A stretch of 64,000 nucleotides of DNA. Origin: an uncultured Mollicutes bacterium. Lineage in GTDB: Bacteria; Bacillota_I; Bacilli_A; ML615J-28; CAG-313. Shown here one piece after another: positions 57,636 through 64,000 of this stretch. Below the pieces are notes generated by a model. That model saw only the letters and a list, made by a program, of their open reading frames with translations. It did no database searches and had not been told where the DNA came from. The translations under genes were made by a program, and so were the position numbers. Location of the stretch: positions 25,862 to 89,861 of the forward strand of contig UQAI01000001.1 of assembly GCA_900538885.1 (NCBI GenBank). Reading direction: 5' to 3'. Each line of letters begins with the position of its first letter. The first letter of the stretch is position 1.

Positions 57636-57851
57636 ATGACTCCTTTGGAAAGATATATGGCTTCAGTTAAGGTTCTTGAGAAGATGGTTAAGGAAGGCTT
57701 GATTGATGAAAAAGAGTACATGAAAGTCGAATCGTTCCTAGCTAAAAAACACTGTATCAAACCTGACAGCATTTACCGTTCAAATCACTTGCTATTTCAG
57801 AGAAATAGAGTGATAGATAGTAATGCAAAAAAGGAGGCAAATAATGGATAG
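57636..57851 (+). CDS. small protein with SHOCT-like C-terminal motif
   Basis: 72 aa; GLIDEKEYMKVESFLAKK resembles the SHOCT motif. Confidence 0.3.
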   Translation: MTPLERYMASVKVLEKMVKEGLIDEKEYMKVESFLAKKHCIKPDSIYRSNHLLFQRNRVIDSNAKKEANNG

Positions 57852-59187
57852 AAACATAATCAAAATTGATGCAGAAAAGCAATTGAAATCCAGAATTAGG
57901 GTTTGCGCTTATGCTCGTGTTTCAAGAGATAAGGATGCGATGTTTCAATCGCTGTCAGCTCAGGTTAGCCATTACAACAAGATGATTAACAGCAACCCAG
58001 AATGGCAGTTCAAGGGAGTCTATGCGGATTATGCATTTTCAGGAACAAAGGAAGATAGACCGGAATTCCAAAAGATGCTGGAAGCCTGCAAAGCTGGTGA
58101 GATTGATTTAATTATCACAAAATCAATTTCAAGGTTCGCCAGAAACACAGAAACAGTGCTTAAAGTAGTTAGGGAATTAAAGGCTAGGGATGTAGATGTT
58201 TACTTCGAGGAACAAAAGATCCATACGATATCATCGGATGGTGAGTTCATGCTTAGCGTGCTTGCTGCTTATTACCAAGAGGAAGCCAGGTCGGTTTCAG
58301 AAAATATGAAATGGCGAATTAAGAAAGATTTCAGTCAAGGCATCATGTGGGGTGGCAAAGATAACTACGGTTACAAATATGACATCGATAAGAAGACGTT
58401 CATTGTAGTTCCTGAAGAGGCTGCTGTAGTTAAGCGAATCTTCGAACTATACATTGCTGGAGCAGGATTTCAAAAGATATCCAGCATCCTGAACTTGGAA
58501 GGCATAAAACCAATGACTGCAAATGAGTGGAGCAAGAATAACGTGACAGCCGTCATAAGCAACTCAAACTACACAGGCGACCTAATCCTTCAGAAGACAT
58601 ACCGCAAGGATTACCTATCAAAGAAAAAATGCAAGAACAACGGTGAGCTTCAGAAATACCTTGTCGAAGAGAACCATGAGCCAATAATCACTAAAGAGAT
58701 GTTTGAAAAGGCACAGAAAATCAGAAATGAGAGAATTATGAAGTATGACATTAAAACCAGAAAGGCAAAGAATAACTACCCTTTCACAGGCATTCTTAGA
58801 TGCGGATGCTGCGGTGGAGCATATCATCACAAGACGACAAGGTACAACTTAATCTGGATTTGCAGAACCTACAACACCAAAGGGAAAGGCTTCTGCTCAA
58901 GAAGCAAGCAAATAGATGAACGCAAGCTTTATGATGCGATTAACCAATACTTCGGTTGGGATAAGTTCAAACAAGATAAGTTCCTAGAGAAGGTTGAGAA
59001 GATTATAGCTAATCCAGGGAATGAGCTAGAGATTCACCTTAAGGATGGAACGGTTGACAAAATCTATTGGAATGACAGAAGCCGAAGCGAGGCATGGACT
59101 GATGATATGAAATCTAAAGCTAGAGCTAAGGCATTTAAACAAAACGAATTAAGAGGAGGGAACAACAGATGGCAAAAGTCAAAGTAA
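57844..59187 (+). CDS. large serine recombinase (CcrA-like size)
   Basis: N-terminal resolvase domain with catalytic-serine region VCAYARVSRD, recombinase domain, C-terminal Cys-rich zinc ribbon; about 448 aa. Confidence 0.8.
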   Translation: MDRNIIKIDAEKQLKSRIRVCAYARVSRDKDAMFQSLSAQVSHYNKMINSNPEWQFKGVYADYAFSGTKEDRPEFQKMLEACKAGEIDLIITKSISRFARNTETVLKVVRELKARDVDVYFEEQKIHTISSDGEFMLSVLAAYYQEEARSVSENMKWRIKKDFSQGIMWGGKDNYGYKYDIDKKTFIVVPEEAAVVKRIFELYIAGAGFQKISSILNLEGIKPMTANEWSKNNVTAVISNSNYTGDLILQKTYRKDYLSKKKCKNNGELQKYLVEENHEPIITKEMFEKAQKIRNERIMKYDIKTRKAKNNYPFTGILRCGCCGGAYHHKTTRYNLIWICRTYNTKGKGFCSRSKQIDERKLYDAINQYFGWDKFKQDKFLEKVEKIIANPGNELEIHLKDGTVDKIYWNDRSRSEAWTDDMKSKARAKAFKQNELRGGNNRWQKSK

Positions 59188-60740
59188 TACCACAAACGAT
59201 AAATCCGATGACAATGTCAGTTATTGGCTCAACTCAAAAAAGAAAAGTTGCTGCTTATGCCAGAGTAAGCACCGAGAATGAAGAACAACAATCATCATAT
59301 GAAGCACAGGTCAAATACTACACTGAGCATATAGCAACCAGACCAGACTGGGAATTCGTGAAGGTGTATTCTGATGAAGGTATATCAGGAACCAACACAA
59401 AAAGAAGAGTTGGCTTTAGATCGATGATACAGGATGCAGTTGATGGGAAGATTGACCTAATTCTAACCAAATCAATATCGAGATTTGCCAGAAACACCTT
59501 AGACAGCATATCCTACATTAGACAATTGAAAGCTGCTGGAACTGAGGTCTATTTTGAAAAGGAAAATTTATGGACATTCGATTCAAAGTCTGAAATGGTG
59601 CTGTCTATGCTTAGTGCTATTGCTCAAGAGGAAAGCCGAAGCATCTCAGAGAACGTTAAGATGGGCAAGAGATGGCAAATGAAGGAAGGAAAGGTTACAA
59701 TTCCTTGTAAGGCGTTCTTAGGATACCAAAATATAGATGGTAAGATTACGATTGATAAGGATGAGGCAATCATCGTTAGAAGAATTTACTCAATGTTCTT
59801 AAAGGACGGTATGACAAGAAAGGCTATAGCAGATACTCTGAAGGCTGAGGGAATTCCTACTCCATCAAAGAAAGGCTGCAACTGGACCGTCAACAACATT
59901 CAGTCGATACTCACCAACGAGAAGTACAAAGGCGATGCATTGCTACAAAAGGTCTATTGCGACGATTATCTTGAGCACAAGGTAAAGAAGAACAACGGTG
60001 TGTTACCTCAATATTACGTTGAGAATTCGCATCCTGGAATCATCAACAAAGAAGAATGGACAATGGTTCAGGAGGAGCTTAAGAGAAGAGAAGGCATCAG
60101 ATACTCATACCAAACAAGCAATCCTTATTTAGCAAAGCTTAGATGCTCGGAATGCGGACACTTCTTCGGAATCAAGGTATGGCATTCCAACTCAATCCAC
60201 AGAAAAGAGGTATTGCAATGCAACGGCAAATACAAATGCGGATGCAAGTCACCTAATCTTAGCCAAGATGAAGTCAACAGGAAGTTCATAGAAGCCTACA
60301 ACCAAGTGATGGACAACAAGAAAGGCTTGATAGAAGACACCAAAGAGGTCATAGAAATGCTAACCTCAACTGAGAAAATAGACGCGAAGGTACAAGCATT
60401 AACGAATGAGATGGAGGAGGTTCAGCTATTGGTAGAGAACCTAATTCACGACAATGCCAGAAGGAACCAAGACCAAGAAGAGTACGAAAGACACTATCAA
60501 GAGTTGGTAAGTCAATTCAATGCAGCTAAAGCTAAAATGAAATCCTTGCTAGAGGAAAAACAATCCAAACTAGACAGGATTGAAATACTTAATGCTTTCA
60601 TTGTTTCCTTAGAAGATAAAGAAGCCGTCATAGATGAATTCTCAACTGATCTATGGAACTTAATGATTCAAGATGCATTAGTCAGCGAGGATGGAACAAT
60701 TAAGTTTGTATTCAAGAATGGAACAGAAATTACAATGTAA
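59169..60740 (+). CDS. large serine recombinase (CcrB-like size), overlapping the upstream recombinase gene by 19 nt
   Basis: AAYARVSTENEEQQSS catalytic region, recombinase domain, zinc ribbon CSECG...C, C-terminal coiled coil; 523 aa. Confidence 0.8.
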   Translation: MAKVKVIPQTINPMTMSVIGSTQKRKVAAYARVSTENEEQQSSYEAQVKYYTEHIATRPDWEFVKVYSDEGISGTNTKRRVGFRSMIQDAVDGKIDLILTKSISRFARNTLDSISYIRQLKAAGTEVYFEKENLWTFDSKSEMVLSMLSAIAQEESRSISENVKMGKRWQMKEGKVTIPCKAFLGYQNIDGKITIDKDEAIIVRRIYSMFLKDGMTRKAIADTLKAEGIPTPSKKGCNWTVNNIQSILTNEKYKGDALLQKVYCDDYLEHKVKKNNGVLPQYYVENSHPGIINKEEWTMVQEELKRREGIRYSYQTSNPYLAKLRCSECGHFFGIKVWHSNSIHRKEVLQCNGKYKCGCKSPNLSQDEVNRKFIEAYNQVMDNKKGLIEDTKEVIEMLTSTEKIDAKVQALTNEMEEVQLLVENLIHDNARRNQDQEEYERHYQELVSQFNAAKAKMKSLLEEKQSKLDRIEILNAFIVSLEDKEAVIDEFSTDLWNLMIQDALVSEDGTIKFVFKNGTEITM

Positions 60741-60745
60741 AAAAT

Positions 60746-60780
60746 AAAACCAGCCGCTTTATAAAATGGCTGGTTTTTTA
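60746..60780 (+). terminator. rho-independent terminator (ccagcc...ggctgg + T6) after the recombinase pair
   Basis: seen in sequence. Confidence 0.7.
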
Positions 60781-60787
60781 GTGCTAT

Positions 60788-60830
60788 ATCGTTAACATTT
60801 TATTAACGATGTGATATACTATTAACGATA
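60788..60830 (+). promoter_or_regulatory. promoter (TTAACA-17-TGaTATACT) overlapped by a perfect inverted repeat ATCGTTAA-N7-TTAACGAT plus a third TTAACGAT half-site; operator-like
   Basis: palindrome and hexamers seen directly upstream of the SymE-like gene. Confidence 0.45.
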
Positions 60831-60848
60831 TCCGGAGGACGTTAATAA

Positions 60849-61109
60849 ATGAATAGAAAGCTTAAAGTCTATGAACAATCTATGGGTGGGGGAAACTACA
60901 CTCAAGTTCCAACGATTTTATTAAAGGGAAAGTGGCTTGAAGAAGCTGGGTTTAAAGCCGGCGAGTACGTTGAGGTTGTTTGCGATGGTGACAAGATTAT
61001 TCTTACGAAAACTAGTGCACCAGAGCCAAGAAAGTCACTCGAAGATAGAATCAAGAATTTAAGCGAAAGTCAAAAAAAGAAACTGTCTGAGATGATTGAT
61101 AAATTATAG
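60849..61109 (+). CDS. SymE-like (AbrB/SpoVT-fold) toxin-family protein
   Basis: LKGKWLEEAGFKAGEYVEVVCDGDKIILTK matches the SymE core motif L.G.WL..AGF..G..V.V. Confidence 0.5.
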   Translation: MNRKLKVYEQSMGGGNYTQVPTILLKGKWLEEAGFKAGEYVEVVCDGDKIILTKTSAPEPRKSLEDRIKNLSESQKKKLSEMIDKL

Positions 61110-61123
61110 AAGGGAGTCCAAAT

Positions 61124-62095
61124 ATGAGCCAAAAAGAAGAAATTTTAAGACTTCTAAAAGAAAATAATTCAATGACTCAAGGTGACCTATCTATTGCAAT
61201 TTATGGTGATAATAAGCATATGCCAAATATCTACGGTGCTTTAATGTCACTTGTTGACGCTGGAGTTGTTGTAAGAACTGGTTCGCAGCCTTCTTATTAT
61301 TCATTAAGTGGTGTTGAACCTGCAATTCAAGTGCAAGAAGAAGCAAATATTAATGTACATCCAAAAATTAAATATGGTAGTCAATTACAACTTGACAATG
61401 TTCTTAATTCATTAGTTACTCGAAATAATATAGAAATGGATAGAACGAATAACCTTGTTAAATTAACAAAGTCTAATTCGAGAATTATTGAAGATTTAAT
61501 TAGAAATGATTATGGATATATTCCTTTTGCCAATATGATTTACAAACAATTATGCAGTGAAAATAGTGGCTCTTTTCCAAATACTACATATGCATGGTCT
61601 GCTTTGGTTAGAATAATTGACCTTGATAACTCCACCCAAGTTTGGAGATTCCATAGACCAGATTTTCATAAAATCATAGATTATATTGTTGATCCTTCTA
61701 ATAACTTCATCGATAGATTGTCACGAGGTGATGTGTCTCTAGTGGATGAGATTAAGAATAGTATGCAACCAGTCGATATCAAGAGTCTTCCAAGTAAGAT
61801 TTGTAAATATACATCAGAGTACATGAACTTCGGTGACAATTATTTTATAAATGATTATTACGTTAGAAGCATGCTTCCTTTTTACTTGGATTATTATCAT
61901 GTTGATTGTAGCAATATTTGTATTAGGAGTTGTTTTGAAACGAAGACACATAGAGAAGCATTGCCTTATCAAGTATTGTTCGATTTATTAGATGCTTTAT
62001 TAGTAAAAATTAATGAAACAGAGCAAGAACCACTAACTAAAAATGAGTTGGATCATATTATATGGTATTGCTATAAAAGTTACAGTAGGGATTAG
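61124..62095 (+). CDS. hypothetical protein with N-terminal winged-helix-like domain; first gene of an AT-rich two-gene cassette
   Basis: 323 aa; N-terminal LRLLKENNSMTQGDLSIAIYG...LVDAGVVVR wHTH-like; remainder unrecognised. Confidence 0.35.
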   Translation: MSQKEEILRLLKENNSMTQGDLSIAIYGDNKHMPNIYGALMSLVDAGVVVRTGSQPSYYSLSGVEPAIQVQEEANINVHPKIKYGSQLQLDNVLNSLVTRNNIEMDRTNNLVKLTKSNSRIIEDLIRNDYGYIPFANMIYKQLCSENSGSFPNTTYAWSALVRIIDLDNSTQVWRFHRPDFHKIIDYIVDPSNNFIDRLSRGDVSLVDEIKNSMQPVDIKSLPSKICKYTSEYMNFGDNYFINDYYVRSMLPFYLDYYHVDCSNICIRSCFETKTHREALPYQVLFDLLDALLVKINETEQEPLTKNELDHIIWYCYKSYSRD

Positions 62096-62593
62096 GTGAT
62101 TGCTATGGCTAATATGAATAATGAACAAAAATTAATAAATGATTTACTTAAAAAAAATGCAAGTTTATCACCTGCACCATTAAAAATATTGTCATCATGT
62201 GTAGCGGCTAAGAAAAATTGTGATGTGGAATTCACAGGAACAATTCCTGGTATGCTTGTTCAAAATCAATTTTGTTTGGAGGCTAAATCTGATAAAGCTA
62301 CTAATAAAAGTAATAATGTACTGCTTATCTTCGGTGATATATTAAAAGATAGAAAACTAAATGGATTGTCCAATGTTTCTTATGGTGCGTTGTTAGAGTA
62401 CCACTCATCTCAAGGAATGAAGAGTTTTTTTATAGATCAAATTCAAAAATACATCGATTCTGTTGACTGGGATAATTTTGGTTCAACTTATGGATGCGAT
62501 TATATTTTCTTCTATGACGATTCAACACATGAGTTATTCTATTCAGAATGGACAGGCTTCGTTACTGCAAAATCAATAAAAAAGTGGTTCTAG
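62096..62593 (+). CDS. hypothetical protein, second gene of the cassette
   Basis: 165 aa, starts at the stop of the upstream gene (coupled); no motif recognised. Confidence 0.3.
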   Translation: MIAMANMNNEQKLINDLLKKNASLSPAPLKILSSCVAAKKNCDVEFTGTIPGMLVQNQFCLEAKSDKATNKSNNVLLIFGDILKDRKLNGLSNVSYGALLEYHSSQGMKSFFIDQIQKYIDSVDWDNFGSTYGCDYIFFYDDSTHELFYSEWTGFVTAKSIKKWF

Positions 62594-62680
62594 GGGTGCT
62601 AAAAGTTGACACGATTTGAAGCAAGGGTGCTAAAAATTTTACACGATTTAAAAGTAGGGGTGCTAAAATTGTATTAAAAC
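62594..62680. repeat. about 2.5 tandem copies of the ~30-bp GGGGTGCTAAAA-TTGACACGATTTGAAG repeat (set C)
   Basis: same family and orientation as 12688-12766. Confidence 0.8.
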
Positions 62681-62708
62681 ATTTCTACTTTGACATAAGA
62701 AAAGCAAA

Positions 62709-62731
62709 GGTTTGATACAAGTATCAAGCCC
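62709..62731. mobile_element. attR-like duplicate of the tRNA-Leu terminator hairpin (GGTTTGATACAAGTATCAAGCCC), right boundary of the ~50-kb accessory segment
   Basis: 22/24 identity to 12553-12576; flanks diverge on both sides. Confidence 0.55.
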
Positions 62732-62793
62732 GTTAGGGATAAAATTCCCGTATAAAAATAGCGTAGTTACAAACAGGTTAATTCCTGAATGTG

Positions 62794-64000
62794 CTACGCT
62801 TTTTCATTTGGCAAGTCGACTTTGCCGATACCATTATAGAAGATATCGATTCTCATTTGTCTATGGCCATCAACTTTCTCAGCCTTATGAACGATAACCT
62901 TCTCTATGAATTCTCGTGCTATTTCATGAGTAAGCTCATCAATTCTTGTGTATTTTTGGACTAGTTCCATGAAATGGGAAGTAGATGCTGTTTGCTCATT
63001 AATGGCTTTGATTTTGCCTTCTAACTCAGCAATCTTTTCTTTTAGAGAAGTTTGCTCCTGCTCATAATTCTCATTCATCTTTTTGAATCTATCTTCAGAG
63101 ACAATACCTGATATTTTATCCTCATAAAGGTTTTGGATGATTGAATCAAGTTTCTCGATTCTGGCTTTTGATGCGTTTAGCTCCTTATTGAGAAGATTAA
63201 GTGATTTCGTGATATTCGCTGTCGACTCACTGGACACAAGCTTTATGAATTCATCCTCGTGTTCCTTTGCAAACTCAATATGACGCTTGATATCTTCAAG
63301 GACGATTTCATCGATAATCTTAATTCTTATTTGATGAGCTGAGCACAATCCTTGTCTCTTACGGTAAGTAGAACAACAATAATAATATGATTCTGGTTGA
63401 AGTGATTTAGTTCTGCAAACATATAGTTTCTTGCCACAGTCCGCACAATATATCATTCCAGATAGAACAGGCATTTCACCCATTGGTGTATTAGCCCTTT
63501 TTCTACCTTCCTTTAGCCTTTGCACTATGTCAAATGTCTCTTGATCGATAATAGCTTCATGAGTGTCCTTGATAATTACCCATTTTGAAGGTGGGTTAAT
63601 AAAGGACTTTTTGTTTTTGTAGGACTTTCTGCCAGTTTTGAAATTAACCGTATGGCCTAAGTATTCTTGCCTTGATAGGATATCTGAAACGACTGACCAA
63701 TCCCACCAATAAGGGTCTATGTTGTCCTTGCTATGGGTGTTAGGTATTCCTTTAGCATTCTTGTAAGAAGTAACATTAAGCACCTTTCTATCAGTTAAGA
63801 TTGTCGCAATCTTAGATGGCCCATTTCCTTGTACTGCTAAGCGGAATATCTCTTTAACAACCTCGGCAGCCTCTTCATCGATAAGCCAGTTGTATTTGTT
63901 GTTAGGGTCTTTCTTATAGCCGAACACTGGAATAGGAGCGGTAGGTTTTCCTGAATCACTCTTAGCTTTGATAACGGCTCTAATCTTCTTTGAGGTATCT
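62794..64000 (-). CDS. large serine recombinase, N-terminal part beyond window edge
   Basis: recombinase domain plus zinc-ribbon (CADCGKK...C) and C-terminal coiled coil; reading frame remains open to position 64000. Confidence 0.8.
   Translation of the reverse strand, partial: DTSKKIRAVIKAKSDSGKPTAPIPVFGYKKDPNNKYNWLIDEEAAEVVKEIFRLAVQGNGPSKIATILTDRKVLNVTSYKNAKGIPNTHSKDNIDPYWWDWSVVSDILSRQEYLGHTVNFKTGRKSYKNKKSFINPPSKWVIIKDTHEAIIDQETFDIVQRLKEGRKRANTPMGEMPVLSGMIYCADCGKKLYVCRTKSLQPESYYYCCSTYRKRQGLCSAHQIRIKIIDEIVLEDIKRHIEFAKEHEDEFIKLVSSESTANITKSLNLLNKELNASKARIEKLDSIIQNLYEDKISGIVSEDRFKKMNENYEQEQTSLKEKIAELEGKIKAINEQTASTSHFMELVQKYTRIDELTHEIAREFIEKVIVHKAEKVDGHRQMRIDIFYNGIGKVDLPNEKA

Noticed and set aside
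60781-60812. Weak resemblance of GTGCTATATCGTTAACATTTTATTAACGATGTG to the junction repeat consensus GGTGCTAAAAATTTTACACGATTTG
   Set aside because: Only scattered matches (GTGCTA...TTTTA...ACGAT.TG); cannot be distinguished from chance in AT-rich DNA. Reported only as a local operator palindrome.

Overview
The sequence is AT-rich and looks like a Bacillota (low-GC Gram-positive) chromosome.

Positions 1-12.5 kb carry conserved housekeeping genes: a DUF885-family protein, trigger factor, ClpX, Lon, SecG, RNase R, SmpB, a TPR protein, a PaaI-type thioesterase and tRNA-Leu(GAG).

Immediately downstream of the tRNA terminator a ~50 kb accessory segment begins (about 12.55-62.73 kb). It is bracketed by a duplicated ~23-bp copy of the tRNA-Leu terminator hairpin, which I read as attL/attR, and further punctuated by a family of ~30-bp tandem repeats. 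The segment contains:
(i) a defence island with a complete Type I restriction-modification system (hsdR-hsdM-hsdS plus an HTH gene) and a three-gene operon encoding a Rad50/SMC-like ABC ATPase with a CxxC zinc hook, a small middle component and a 320-aa protein with no recognisable domain. This fits the Lamassu / ABC three-component architecture, but the effector is unassigned.
(ii) a siphovirus-like prophage of higher GC: sigma-70 region 4 regulators, a Cas4-like nuclease, a Sak4-like ATPase, helicase, primase, RusA, HNH, TerS, TerL, portal, ClpP-type protease, capsid, tail genes with a conserved -1 frameshift chaperone, tape measure, Dit/Tal, collagen-like fibres and holins. Between TerS and TerL sits a cargo cluster: a minimised MetK-like SAM synthetase, a ParB-nuclease-domain DNA methyltransferase, an amidoligase and a gamma-glutamyl cyclotransferase.
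(iii) morons after the lysis genes: an Lnu(A)/ANT(2'')-family nucleotidyltransferase and a collagen/LRR surface lipoprotein, flanked by identical terminators.
(iv) an overlapping CcrA/CcrB-like pair of large serine recombinases, a SymE-like toxin gene with a palindromic operator, and an AT-rich two-gene cassette of unknown function.

The prophage looks defective: its head-tail adaptor gene is frameshifted and no endolysin is recognisable. A further large serine recombinase gene runs off the right edge of the window.
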